A stretch of 63,715 nucleotides of DNA, counting the filler, from Craspedostauros australis (taxonomy: Eukaryota): assembly GCA_030167865.1 (NCBI GenBank). It is 8 parts of 8 records of this genome, joined end to end, with 100 filler letters (N's around TTAATTAATTAA, not from the genome) between each part and the next. Parts side by side here need not be neighbours in the genome. Positions count along the whole stretch, not along the records: positions 44,601 to 59,128 come from JALAGF010005201.1; positions 59,229 to 61,445 come from JALAGF010005202.1; positions 61,546 to 63,715 come from JALAGF010005206.1; 5 more parts are not named here. One strand, 5' to 3'. Shown piece after piece: positions 51,366 through 63,715 of this stretch. Positions within the stretch are counted from its first letter, which is position 1. Each line of letters opens with the position of its first letter. The translations under genes were made by a program, and so were the position numbers. Below the pieces are notes generated by a model. It made no database searches and was not told the origin of the DNA. It was given only the letters and a program-made list of their open reading frames with translations.

Positions 51366-54300
51366 ATGGTGACGATGGCTTCGAAACCAAGGCGTGGAAT
51401 GCCGACGCCAGGTTCAAGATCGCTGAGATGCACCGCGATTACAATCGCGATCCTATATGTGGCGCAGGGGCTCTCCCCGGTCGAGTCTCTATCTTCGACG
51501 CACCTTTCCCAATCTGCTCGTCGATTCACCAATCACGCTGTCCGCACGATTGATCCTCCGAATGCACTCAAACAGACCCACCGCGCGGCGCATGAGCATG
51601 TCCTCCGACGTCGGCGGACCGTCCTCAATGCATCTGGCGGTACAGGCATCTCTGGATGGGCACCCGAGGATCTCTCAAAGTGGGCGAACGATGTGCAACT
51701 CGGGCTTCAACGACAACAGGAGCAGCCGTCGTCGAGCCGGTTGTTATCGCCTCCATCCTTCACGAACGACAACGCACCATCAAGCATCGACAGCGTTTCG
51801 CAGACGTTGGATCAGACGCTTGAGGCCTTTGACAAGGCGAAGGAGACAAACGAGGCGTTGGTGACGGCCATCATCCAATCAGCGTCGCAATGGTACCAGC
51901 ACCTTCCAGTTGCAGCCCACGCGTTGCTGATTGCAATTCCGATCCTGTCTGTGGTCGGCGCAACTTTGATCAAGCTGTCGTACCCTCCCGAGGACTTTCG
52001 TGAAGACAAGGAGCCTTACATCCGAGGGTACTACGATCCCACCAAGGCCAAGAAGTACTACGACAAACGGCCAATGCTGGTGGCACAACGGTCTTTGCAG
52101 CTGCTGCGGTACTCCAATCGCTTCCTCTTCCAGCTCTTCTTGGATAAGTTCAGGAAGGACAAAGACGAAGTCATCAAGGAGCGGCGTGCGCAGGATCTGC
52201 TGGAGTTGATCACCAAGCTTGGACCAACCGCCATCAAGGTGGGGCAGGCGTTGAGCGTGCGTTCCGATCTCATACCAGCGGAGTACGCGAAGGCACTGTC
52301 CTCGTTGCAAGATCAGGTGCCGCCATTCCCAACCCACAAGGCCATTGCAATCCTGAAATCGGAATGGGGTGCTGCCAGGTACCGTGCGTTCATTTCCAAC
52401 GACCGACTTTCGGAATCTATCCAGCCGGTGGCATCGGCATCCATTGGTCAGGTATACAAGGTGAAACTGTCGCGACAGCCAATGCAGCAGCAGCAGCAAC
52501 AGCAACAACAACGACGATCTAACACCAACACACCAGACGGCAACAGCAGCAACAACAACAACGCACCACCCGACGATTTTGTTGCTATCAAGGTGCAGCG
52601 ACCCAACATTCTAGCTGACATTGCGCTTGACCTTTACATCGTACGCGAGCTCGCTGTCCCATTCTACCAACGGTTCCTAACAAAATCGAAGACAGACTTC
52701 AAATCGTTGGCCAACGAGTGGGGCCGCGGTTTCATCGATGAGCTTGATTATCAGAGCGAAGCCGTGAGCACGATGCGGTTCAACGATGACATGAAGGCCC
52801 GAGGACTGGATGCCTCAGTCTTTTCTCCCCAGGTCATTCCAGAGCTCTCCACCCAACGGATCCTGGTCACCGAGTGGGTCGAAGGACAACGCATCGACCG
52901 TAGCGAACCAGCCGAGGACATTCCACGACTGTGTGGCGTCGCGTTGAACGCCTACCTCGTCATGCTGCTCGAATTGCAGCGCTTGCATTGCGATCCGCAT
53001 CCTGGCAATCTGCTGCGTGCCCAGGACGGTCGATTGTGTATTTTGGATTTCGGAATGACTCTCCAGGTTGACCCGGACATCCAGTACAGCTTGCTGGAAT
53101 ACATTGCTCATTGCACCGGCGACAAATACGACTTGGTCCCACAGGATCTGGTCAACATGGGATTCCTCAAGCCGGAGAAACTAGAGTTTGCAAAACGTAG
53201 TGGCGCCTTGGAGCCCCTGTTGTATTTCTTGCAACAGGCTGGACTGGGAGGCGGCGCGAAGGGCACCAGGGAACGGATCGTGAGCGATTTCCGAGAACGG
53301 TATCCTGGTCTTGACGATAATGCGTTGCGCAAGGCGATTCGGAAGGAAATGAAGGTATGTCCGAGCAGGTGGTCGTGGAGTTTGTGGGTATGGGTATGGT
53401 ACGCGTGTAGTATGGAAGAGTATCCGACATTTGTGAGCTTGCGTGGATGGATGGAGCTTTGCCCATTGTGGAGATCGTTACTAACCTTCCCACCAAACAA
53501 CGATTCCAACGGTCATGATGACGACGACGACAACAACAACACCAACAACATGCTCTACTATCATTCACTGTCAACCGCAGTCCCAACAACAACAAGCAGC
53601 GGCGGCAGAGAGTCTTGCCACAGGCATCACAATGGAGGTGGAAGAACTGCAACGGCGCAACCGTGATGCCTTTACGATCCCAGAATGGTTCGTGTACACA
53701 AGTCGCGCATTGGCCACGCTGGAGGGCGTCAGTTTGCAAATCGACAAGGACTACAGCTTGATCAGCAGCTGCTTCCCGTACATTGCCAAGCGCTTGCTCC
53801 AGGACGATTCGCCGCGATCCAGACAGGCTCTTCGTGATCTGCTGTACGAGGCGGGTGATCGTGTGGATCCTGAACGTCTCGGAGATCTGGTCGATGGGCT
53901 CTCGTCGTACTCTCAAACATCCAAATCGCTCCCACCCTCGAAGCTGGTTCTGTCGAGTTCGTCGCCGTCAACCGATCACGATAGCAATATGGCCGAAGTA
54001 GGCGCCAAGGGTGAAGGTTCAACCGTTGATGATAAGATCGAGGCGGAACGACGAATCGCGAAGAGAGTCACAGAGACGGAGGGGATCATTGGATTTGCGA
54101 AAGAAACTGCAGACATCCTGCTAACACCAAATGGGACGCTGATCCAGAACATCCTGCTTGAAGAAAGTGCGCTAGCTACTACAGCGACCATCAAGGACCA
54201 ACTGAAGTCATCGCTTGTGGATGGGCCGAAGCAATTTCGAGACTCGTTGCCGTTTGGGATTGGATCTATCCTCCCACCGTTGCCAACAGAATCCGTGTCA

Positions 54301-54765
54301 CCATTCGTGAGCAAATCAGATGCAGAGTCCAGAGCGCAAGAGTTGTTTGCAAAGCTGTCATCCATGACGCAGCAACAGCAGCAATCATCTGATTCCACGC
54401 ATACTGCGGGAACACACGATGGCGGAACACGAACCCAAGACATGAAAGACAAAGACCAACAGCAAAGGCTGAATCAAGTCCAGGCAGCACTTGCAGATCT
54501 TGAGCCGGAACAGCTCGCAATCGTCTCAAGAGAGCTACGCATAGCGCTGCCACAGTACACACCACTCATCTCAGCGTTGGGAAACAAATTCGTGTCGCAG
54601 CTGCTGCAGAATGTAAACGAGGACATCAATGGGAAGCTCAGTAACGTGACTGAGAGCAACTCCAACTTTGTCCTCGAACAGACCATGAGAGCTATCGCCT
54701 CGGCATCTGCCGAGGGCGCCAGCAAGATGAAGGATCAGAATGAGGCCGCGCCTACGAAAAAGTAA
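51366..54765 (+). CDS. ABC1/UbiB-family atypical protein kinase, probably organelle-targeted, 2 exons (51366-53354, 53581-54765)
   Basis: LGPTAIKVGQALSVRSDL, LQDQVPPF, VASASIGQVY, VAIKVQRP, ELDY, LVTEWVEG, HCDPHPGNL, LDFGM, RALATLEG. Intron AAG|GTATGT (53355) to CCGCAG| (53580), phase 0. Hydrophobic N-terminal stretch TAITIAILYVAQGL. Start codon uncertain. Confidence 0.92.
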
Positions 54766-55406
54766 GGCAGTCCGTCAGTCAGGATGGAGTTGAGTAGATA
54801 GTTATACTCTGTGTGAGAAACAAGCTGGCGGAGGGTGCATCATCTTGAACTAGAACACAAAACGCGCATGGTGCAGATTCTGCAAAGGTTTGGCGCCACG
54901 CAATGGACTAATAGGTTGTAAATGATCTCTGTTGTCATTTTTACGTATTACAAGGATAGTGGAACCTGTCCGTACGTATGTGCCACCGCCGATTGCCATA
55001 TTCGTATCTCGTACTCTGTGCGGACGTCTCTCTGCAGAGTGGAACACCATGGCGCGGTACGACTATGGACATGGCCGGACACCACCATTCGGAGCACCTA
55101 CAAGGGCGACAGGCTACGAGTGACCACGACGATTTTATTCGACCGATTCGAGGTGACATCGCGATCAAAACGAGAGCAGACGCTCACGCGGCCGCAACAA
55201 GAAAAGATCCGTTACGAACACACAAAAGAAACACGATGAAGCCCATCTCGAGCACGCGTACAGTACTCCATCTTGAATGGCCGTCTTACGTGATAGTCTC
55301 CAATCGCAATCAGGAGCAAAGCTCAAAGATAGAACACAATATTTTGAAACAGAAAGAGGTCAGAAGTGTCATTGGAAAGGATAGCAACTAGCATACGAGA
55401 GCCGAC

Positions 55407-56228
55407 ATGACGCCAGATGGTGACGATTCGAATTCCAAGTCGGTCTCGGCCGCAGCTACGATCGCGAGTGCGAGTGCAAGAGCCGGGCCTTCGCCCAATG
55501 ATACGTCAATGGCAGAGGCGATGCAGGCCGTGGAAACTCTGGTGGGAATATACGGGATGGATTACGAAACGGCAAGTCTGGCTGTGGAGACGGTGGGGGC
55601 AGACATCACGACGGCATACAACTTCATCATCGACAACAACCTGGGAAAGGATACTGGCGGCGCCGTTTATCCCATCGACAACTGCCCGCATGTGGCTGCG
55701 CACATTCGCCTCACATTGGCGAACCTTGCCGAGACGGCTTCATCGCATTCGTGCACGCCGTTCGATCCCAACACGGTGACATGCGATTACTTTCGTTTGG
55801 AACACGCATCAAAGGGTACTAGCACAAAGGAGGCTCCTCAAGCAACAAACGCAAAGTCAACAGCTGGGTCTTCGGTTGGTCTGAAGGTGGAAACAGACGA
55901 AGGCGGCAACTGCCCAGCAGGAGAGAACTGGCTTTGTCTGCACTGCGGTGTCACGCGGTGCTCCCGATACGTGAACGGACACGGTGTGGATCATTGGAAA
56001 TCCACGAAAGCGGTATCCGGTACGGCTGGCTTGCCTTCACGAAAGCAGTCGATTGATGATCACCCGGAGATGAGTTTCACCGAAGATGAAGCGGGCCATT
56101 GCATCGCCGTGAGCCTGTCCGATCTGTCCGTGTGGTGCCATGAATGCAACGCATACCTTATCGACAAGGAGAAGATTGATCCGATCGTCAAGAGTCTGCA
56201 GATTCTCAAGTTTGGATCCGTGGAATGA
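55407..56228 (+). CDS. UBA-like + ZnF-UBP (HDAC6 BUZ-type) ubiquitin-binding protein
   Basis: CPHV...C...ENWLCLHCGVTRCSRYVNGH...H...HCIAVSLSDLSVWCHECNAYL; N-terminal AVETLVGIYGMDYETASLAVETVGADITTAYNFII has a UBA-like three-helix pattern. Confidence 0.88.
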   Translation: MTPDGDDSNSKSVSAAATIASASARAGPSPNDTSMAEAMQAVETLVGIYGMDYETASLAVETVGADITTAYNFIIDNNLGKDTGGAVYPIDNCPHVAAHIRLTLANLAETASSHSCTPFDPNTVTCDYFRLEHASKGTSTKEAPQATNAKSTAGSSVGLKVETDEGGNCPAGENWLCLHCGVTRCSRYVNGHGVDHWKSTKAVSGTAGLPSRKQSIDDHPEMSFTEDEAGHCIAVSLSDLSVWCHECNAYLIDKEKIDPIVKSLQILKFGSVE

Positions 56229-56724
56229 ACCGATACTGATACTGAGAATCTCAACCACAATTTGAAGCAAGCGGATAATAGAAGAGCATGCAGAGTAAAG
56301 TGCTTCGAATCACGACCAAAGCGCGAGGCGTTTACTCTCTTCTTCCTCTGTATCACATGTCAGACCGTCTGTGAACACACAAGCATTGCTGTCAGTCCAA
56401 TCATGGATAATGGTAAAAGCGCTTCTCTCCGCCATCACAACGGAGAATTCCGACAGGTACAGCATGTATACTCTGCTCGTTGATTGCCATTTGTGACTGC
56501 CCTCATTGACCACCATCAACCCCTGTTTCCTGAACGTAACTAAAAGCTAATGGACATGGCACATGTGGACACTTGCACCATGTGCCGCCTGTGTGTATGA
56601 CTCGCATGGACTCCATCGACTGTATCATATCCTTTTTGGCTCCATCGCCCTCAAACATGAAAACTGACTGTTCCATACCTCCCAGCCCCAACGCACCCGA
56701 ACAACGACAGCAGCACCAGCAAAC

Positions 56725-58353
56725 ATGCCCAGAATCAAGATAACCTTTGTGGCTTTTGTTGTTCTCAACAATATGGCAATGGCCCATGCTGCACTCCGAG
56801 GCAGTAAAAACCTCATAGATCCAACAAATGAACTCCACATGATGATGAAGAAGACTTGCATCCTCAAGGACGATGACAGTGCCACGAAAGCCAACAAGGG
56901 CAACAAGATTGACCGCGAACCACCAATGGCACATCCCACTGATATGGAATTGTCTGTTGGCAAGTTCCGCTCATGGTAACCTACAATCGTGGAGGGTGGT
57001 GTTGGTTGATAGTCGTTCATTTGCTATTTCATTACTTGGCTACTCCGATCCTCTCAGTGTACGCCTGTTCTCTTGCCCGATGCTCTTGGCGCTTCAATCT
57101 GTCTTGTAGATTCGGTTGTCCGACTATGAGTCAGTACATGAGATGCTCTCTTGCTCCTCTCTGTATTCTCTCTCTCTCTATCTCAGCATTGCGTGCTTCG
57201 TGCTACGCGATATTACATGTTCGAAGCATGCTCCGCATTCGACACTTTGTTCATTCAGTACTGGTTCCTGCTCCATGAGTACTTACCATTTGAAGTTCAC
57301 CTTCAGTACCCATGATCTTCATGGGTCATCGGATCTTCGCCTCCTGCTCTGACTTGGAGACAGATGTCGACATGGTGACACGATGACATCCGGTCGACGT
57401 CAGTAGGCGTCCTTCTGCTCTCCAGATGTCACATTCCATTGGTGATGCAGTAGTCTGTCAGATGATATTGTCATCTGAGGTTTAGTTGGGAAGTACCTCG
57501 AGCTTCGCTCAATACCATACATTTCCATTGATGGATGGACGGACGATATTCCTGATTCTCTCAGAAATCGTTGATTGCAAATTTCCTCCAGAAATTCTGC
57601 TCAATTCGTGTGTTCCATTTCCACTGTGATTTTGACAAATCACTGCATACTATTGACACGAATGTAGTCATACCGTCCAAACATGTATAAGAGAATAACA
57701 GGTGAACGATGCACTTTGCACGTACTTCTCGACATATACGCACATGTACATCTCGACACACAAGTTCTAAATCTTGCAAGGGAGCAGGACATTGTTCTCA
57801 TGGTGATGTCACCATCCAGACTGGCATATGTATCAGATCCAAAGCATGCAACTCCACTGGATGCCATGTTGTGCAGACAGTCCCCATTCACATCCGCAGT
57901 CACATCAACATCAGGGTGAATGCTTGCGTAGGCACCAACACCTGCAAGGATGCTCATTCAACTGTGGATTGTGGTACTGCTGGCAAGACCACAGGCAGCC
58001 TGAGCATTGATGATGGTGGCTGCACTGCTGATGGGTCATGCAAGAAGATGGGCTTCAGTGACAGGATTAGAACCAATGCCATGGTCTCTCCTGATGGATG
58101 TGATGGCATGGATGGCTGCAAAGGATGCATGACAAAGACACAGTGCAGCGCTGATGAAATCTACATCATCAGCAATTTCGATAGAGCCTGTCCAAAGGGA
58201 GGTAGCGATAGCAACAACAACCCAACAGGGGAGAAGGTGGATGAGTTCTGTGTTGGTAGGGACACCTTGCCCACAGACTGCCCTACCTTTTTTCTGAAAC
58301 ATCTTCCCACACATCTCACATCAGCTCCGACATCAGCTCCGACTTCAGTCTGA
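56725..58353 (+). pseudogene. Probable disrupted secreted Cys-rich protein gene (signal peptide exon + SC.G...C repeats + PTS tail)
   Basis: MPRIKITFVAFVVLNNMAMAHA signal-like start. Downstream SCKGAGHC, ICIRSKAC, ACVGTNTC, GCTADGSC, GCDGMDGC, ending PTHLTSAPTSAPTSV. A repeat-derived insert lies between the two parts. Confidence 0.5.
57365..57758. mobile_element. Candidate ~394-bp solo LTR or small inserted element
   Basis: Begins TGTCGACATG and ends CATCTCGACA (9/10 inverted repeat, TG..CA). Its 3' end matches 33566-33650. Target duplication is imperfect (CAGA/CACA). Confidence 0.4.
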
Positions 58354-60193
58354 CATCAGCTTCATGTTCAACTCTACCTCGATTAACAATTCGCTGCTTT
58401 GCAAATCCTGGCAGTATCAATTCTGAATTCAAGCTGATTCCTGGGACAATTACATGTGAAACTCCCATGAGGGCATGCAAAGACCTATGAGCTATAATAT
58501 TATGCTTGCTGAGATTAGTGTGTTAGATGAGTGGACATTGCTTATGTTCGAGAGCCACATTGCGTGCGATCCCCGCACACCTTCTAGTGTCTTTTGGCTT
58601 GGGTGGAGGCCAATTTTTTTGGTAACAATTGGTAACTAGTCGTATGAGTCAATTTCGCCGTTGACGCTGGTACATTTTGTACGTCAGTCCCACACGAAGA
58701 GGCTCAAAAACCACCTTTTCTGCAACAAATCTCCTCGGCAAGTTCATGCCGCTCCGTTTGTTTGAGCTCTCCTTTCGTGAGCACTCTCATGTGTGGCTTG
58801 TAATCACCCTCTCCAACTTTGGTGGCGATTGGTTGGGCAACGGCGGAGATCTGCTCGTTTCTCTGGAGCCGCCACTCGCTTTTTTCATTCACGAATTCTC
58901 ATCAACGCGATGTATCGTGGAGAATTTCGGTGCAACTATGCAGTGATCATCTTGCTTCATCCTGGAGCCATCACTAATGCTCAACATTACAATACATCAT
59001 ACATTCTGTTCATAGTATGTTAATATAGTTAAGTTCAGACAGTCAGTGTTAGAACGTAATCGTAGATGGGTGTGAAGGATACCGCACCGAGAACGTAGAG
59101 TGATCAAGTCGTTGTTGTTGGTGAGGAGNNNNNNNNNNNNNNNNNNNNNNNNNNNNNNNNNNNNNNNNNNNNTTAATTAATTAANNNNNNNNNNNNNNNN
59201 NNNNNNNNNNNNNNNNNNNNNNNNNNNNATATATGGTTAAATTTTAGTCTCCATAGGAGCCCATTTTTTCAAAATCCTGCCGTGGTCGTACGGTCATTGG
59301 CTGACGTGGGTCTTAAACCTCGGATGGCATCTACGGGGTAGAGGCGTACGCACGCGCAGACGGATAGTTTTGCTAGGGTTCCGAATTCGAGGTTTGCGTG
59401 TTGCCGTCGCGTTGGTGGGGCTTCCAAAGTTTTGGGGGACCCTATAAGCAAGATATGATCGTTTGTTCTTTGAAGATTACATGGTTTTGACCCACTTGAG
59501 TGACGGGACCTGCAGTCCGTCCTGGGATGGTGGCAACATACGGGGCTTTCGATCAAGCCAACCACATATTCATAAACTGGATAAAAATATAAGATGCACT
59601 GTGGAAGCCGATTTTGCTTTAATGTCTTATTTTAAGTTTTATGGACCCATCGATTTCGCGCTCATCTAGACACGACTAGCGCACAGCGGCCAGATTCAGT
59701 GTCTTTGTGCCTTGATTCGTATCGCCAAAAGAAAAATTATCGATGTCAATTGCAGGGCTAATTTAGTTTTTTAGTCCCTCCAAACCAGGATACGTGTGAA
59801 ACCGTTGAATTGGCGTTACTCTGTGAACACGCGCACCAATCAAGGACGATCCAGCAGTGAAGCAGTTGCACAGACTCGTACGACATCGATAAGACTCATA
59901 ATCTNNNNNNNNNNNNNNNNNNNNNNNNNNNNNNNNNNNNNNNNNNNNNNNNNNTCTTTACCCCTTTTCATCTTAATTAGGTTTCACATGTGTAATAACT
60001 TGCCTCCATTGCAGCTCTGACTCGCCGCAACAATTGTGGCCTCACATTTTGTTCCACCAACTCTGGAGATTCCGTATTCTCCTTCATTGTTTGTGTCTCG
60101 CACGCAATTTGCTCCGATGCTTCGTTTTCTTCTTGTTGCAGCGCGATTTCCTCCTCATCTGCTGCTGTGTGTTGTGCAGGCACGATCTCTGTG

Positions 60194-61445
60194 TCAGTGC
60201 TGTTCGTGTTCGTCGGTGGTGGGGTGTTCGTTGTGTTCGTTGTGTTTGTCGCGTTTTTTGTTTATCGTGATTTCCGGGGTACTAGTGTTCGCGGCCTTCG
60301 GTTTCGTGCGTTGGTAGGACGCGGACATGTACTGCTTCACTCGCATTGGGTTCACGTGTACCCGTGCATACCAGTCAGTCTTCATTTCAGTCGTCTCCAT
60401 GCACCGCCTGAATGCCTCGTACTCGGTCGGTCTGTTCTTGGGGTCCGCGCGTGCCACTCTGCACACCTCATCCAACACTTCCATCAGATATGGGCGAATG
60501 GGCTCGTTACATTGTACGGCTTTCGCAGCCCAACCAGGCTCAGCCAATCGTGGGTGTTCTGTTGCTGCTGTGGTGTCCTGCAGCACACTACTTACGTCAG
60601 GTGTCTCCAAGGCTGCCATGTTGATCGCTTCGAGGCACGTCAGCGCCTTGCTTTCGGTGGCACTCTTCGCGAACCTGAGGGTCTTTTTCTGCTTCCGTGG
60701 TGATTTTGCTGTGAGTGGTTGTTGCGTCGATTGGTGTTCGTTGATGATGGGAACCTCGAAATTCATGATGTCATAGTCTTCCCATTCCGCTTCCTCCACA
60801 CGCACTGGATCAGTGACATTTGATGCCGCAAGCAAGTCTGCGTAGCCGTTTCCGTGTTGCACCTCGTGCGTTGATCGTACATTCATGCCCTTCGCGCGGA
60901 ATCTGTTGCGTGGATTTGTCTTGTGCATCACACAGTGACCTTCCAAACCTGATGCATCAACCAAGACAGTGGTAGTACCTCTGATATTTCCCATTCGCAT
61001 CGCGTCGAAGATTTCGTGTTCGGTTTGAATTTTGCCGCCGCTTTGCATGTAGGATCGTAGTACGATAGTGATGTAGGCAAAGTGAGTGTCGATTCGCCCT
61101 TTGCCTGTTTGGGCTTCTGTGTAGATCCAAATGACAAATTGGGGAAGTCCGTTGTGTGACGCATTCTTGTTGATTCACGATGAGACGAGCGCGATGTGCT
61201 CGTGGCTGGCGAAGCAGCCCGCGTTGTCTGACTGTAGGATGATTCCTGTGACCGATTGTAGGAGATCGCGTACCATCTTCTGGATGATTTTGAGAAGCCC
61301 ACCAACTTGAAGTGTGTCTTGGGTTGGCCGGCCATGAACAAATATATCAACAAAGTGATATGTGAATTCATCATCTTTGCAGGTGACAATCATTACGCCA
61401 AGGAGCGACATGCCCTTCTTGCCCCAATACTCTGTCTGCGATTCT
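60194..61445 (-). mobile_element. Sola3-like DDE transposase (5' truncated, one in-frame TGA at 61175-61177)
   Basis: ESQTEYWGKKGMSLLG ... IILQSDNAGCF ... WIYTEAQTGKGRIDTHF ... PGWAAK...VKQYMS, all in one frame apart from a single stop. Confidence 0.65.
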
Positions 61446-61546
61446 NNNNNNNNNNNNNNNNNNNNNNNNNNNNNNNNNNNNNNNNNNNNTTAATTAATTA
61501 ANNNNNNNNNNNNNNNNNNNNNNNNNNNNNNNNNNNNNNNNNNNNA

Positions 61547-62970
61547 CATGACGCAGTACCACATGCTCGTGCTTAACGCCCTTGCAAGGGACTACGAGAT
61601 GGATGTGAAGCTCATCGAGCTCAAGTTCAACGGCATTGAAAGCACGATGTCAATCGAGGACATCCGTGAAGCAGTGAGTGCCACCTACGACGCACGTCAT
61701 ATCAAGCAAGGAAGCAACCGCCGCGAGAGCGACACCAAAGAGGAAATGGCTCTCGCTGCCACCGGCGGTTTCAAAGGGTACTGCCGCAACTGCGGTGCCT
61801 ACGGGCACAAGAAGGCGGACTGTCGCTCTCCCCCGAAGAACAAAAACAACAAGNNNNNNNNNNNNNNNNNNNNNNNNNNNNNNNNNNNNNNNNNNNNNNN
61901 NNNNNNNNNNNNNNNNNNNNNNNNNNNNNNNNNNNNNNNNNNNNNNNNNNNNNNNNNNNNNNNNNNNNNNNNNNNNCGCAAACGTGGCGACCGATGGCAT
62001 GGAGGAAGAAACAGATGTCGCCCTCGTGATGGTCGAAGAACACATGTGGCGGACTGCAGATGACGATGTGGCAGGCTACAACTCCTTCGTTGAAGTTGAC
62101 AAGGAGATGTGGTCGACCTCCAACGAGAAGGCCGACGACGTTGGCCTAGCCATGATCGAGGAGCCCATCTGGTTGCCCGAAGACGACAAGTCCATGGATA
62201 GCACGGAAATGCTGTGCTTCCTCACNNNNNNNNNNNNNNNNNNNNNNNNNNNNNNNNNNNNNNNNNNNNNNNNNNNNNNNNNNNNNNNNNNNNNNNNNNC
62301 GAACATCAAGAAAAACATGAGCAACGACCACGCCATGATGCCTCCCGAAGAGGAGACCACCAAAGACCTCGCCCTCACGTCCACCGACGAAGAGATGACC
62401 AACCGAGGAGGCGACGCGCCAAACCAAGGTGCTGAATGGACAGCAGAAGAGCGGGCGGCCCACCACCCAGGGGTGTACGGTCACTACGGACCACCAGCGG
62501 TCGCAGCCGAGCGAATCAACCGCGAACTCTTCCCGTCCGACAACGAGTCCACTGAAGACGACGGGTTCTTCGACGAGGTCATCTACGATGAAGACCTCGT
62601 CAGCACCGAAGAGGAGACTACCAACGAAGTGGCGATGGTGATCGGAGCGGAAGACATCTGCAGAGAGCCTGTCTTCTCGCTCTCCACCAACAAGTCTCCC
62701 ATCGAGAAGACGATCGAAGCAGCAGGGCGTGCTCTGTACCAAGGATGGGCATCGTGCCCACTATGCTTCTGTCAGGAATCGGGGGTACGACTTTGTCAAG
62801 ATATCCATGATTGCCGCACCTCCCAATAATATCTTCACGACTCAATGAATTCAACATTGTTGATCACACTCGGACAACCTTGTGAGCCTGTCCCACCTCA
62901 CGCAACCAATCGTGTCTTGCATCACAGGGTCTGTCCATGGTCCGTCATGGAAGTGAGGGCGAACCTATGA
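61547..62970 (+). mobile_element. Ty1/copia gag region, relative of the 29222-33465 element; no pol recognised downstream
   Basis: QYHMLVLNALARDYEMDVKLIELKF...EDIREAVSATY...GGFKGYCRNCGAYGHKKADC and ANVATDGME...DVALVM closely match the gag at ~32860-33360. Confidence 0.88.
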
Positions 62971-63715
62971 TTTTACCACTAGGGATGCATCCGCGCATGG
63001 GCCAACAACTATGGACAACGCGAACAATAAATCCCAACCAAGTCGACGCGCATCGACGGACAAGGGATCGCCCCTTTGAGAAAGTGAAACGGAGGCGATC
63101 CCCTATCCGCTCAAGAGCACGAATGGCGACGCGACAGGTGACATGATGGTCGCGTGAGAGGAATACTGAGGAATTGACTATGATGTGGGATCGATTGTCA
63201 TGAGATCCATGGCGAGGTACCTACACGGCTACGAGATGTACTGCATGAGCGTAGAGCGAAATGAAACTACTGAAATGCATGATGAGATGCATGCAGAGAG
63301 CAGGAGATGGAACATCTGAGATGAATGATAAGATGCATCGATACTGCAAGATGAGACGTACATGAGGTGAGTTAGGATTCGAGCGTAGGCGTCGCGAATC
63401 GGTGGAGAATGCCTCGTGAATCTGCCGGCTTCGGGATAGCCGTGTCATGCAGTTCAAGAGAGGTGTGCTGTTTGAATAGTTATAACTTGTAACGATGAGA
63501 AGTAGAGTGCTTTGTAGCTAATCCTTGTCTGTTATTATGAGTTAGCTTATTGGTGTTGGTAGGGTGAAGAAACGATGCCACACAACTTGGCGAGACCCTG
63601 CACTGATGCACTTGATTCAGTGCAACAGAGCAGACAGTCAATACAGTACCTTGCTCTCCGCACATGTAGTTACACTGCAGTGTAGGTCATGACAATCAGT
63701 GGTGACGGTCATGAA

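Noticed and set aside
29166..61501. Recurrent TTAATTAATTAA palindrome as a biological site
   Set aside because: Always centred in N runs with stops in all frames: an assembly linker. Gene/TE neighbourhoods across it are not evidence of anything
1..63715. tRNA, rRNA or prokaryotic defence systems
   Set aside because: None recognised by eye; a covariance-model search would be needed to exclude small ncRNAs

Overview
Eukaryotic genomic DNA, most likely from a diatom or related stramenopile (inferred from spliceosomal introns, CoDi-like Ty1/copia elements, an ABC1 kinase with an N-terminal extension and a PAS/LRR/receiver protein). The window is not one locus: seven artificial N-TTAATTAATTAA-N linkers join eight scaffolds (about 1-29121, 29222-33465, 33566-39196, 39297-42103, 42204-44500, 44601-59128, 59229-61445, 61547-63715), so adjacency across linkers is uninformative. 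The first scaffold is gene-rich: a CUE-domain protein, a three-exon PAS + RNI-like LRR + receiver protein, a convergent PKG-like kinase with what look like two alternative first exons (MGLC acylation type vs polybasic/polyQ with a GC donor), a ~2,090-aa disordered protein with a C-terminal PH-like domain, and an RCC1-repeat protein. The sixth scaffold has an ABC1 kinase, a UBA-like + ZnF-UBP protein and a damaged Cys-rich secreted-protein gene. The short scaffolds are transposon debris: four copia pieces, a Harbinger-like fragment, two Sola3-like transposase remnants, a 610-bp CCC..GGG insertion with a 2-bp AT target duplication nested in a copia integrase, and a 192-bp tandem array. Two stretches (24.4-29.1 kb, 45.2-50.9 kb) could not be annotated. 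All domain calls are by motif recognition only; no database search was run.
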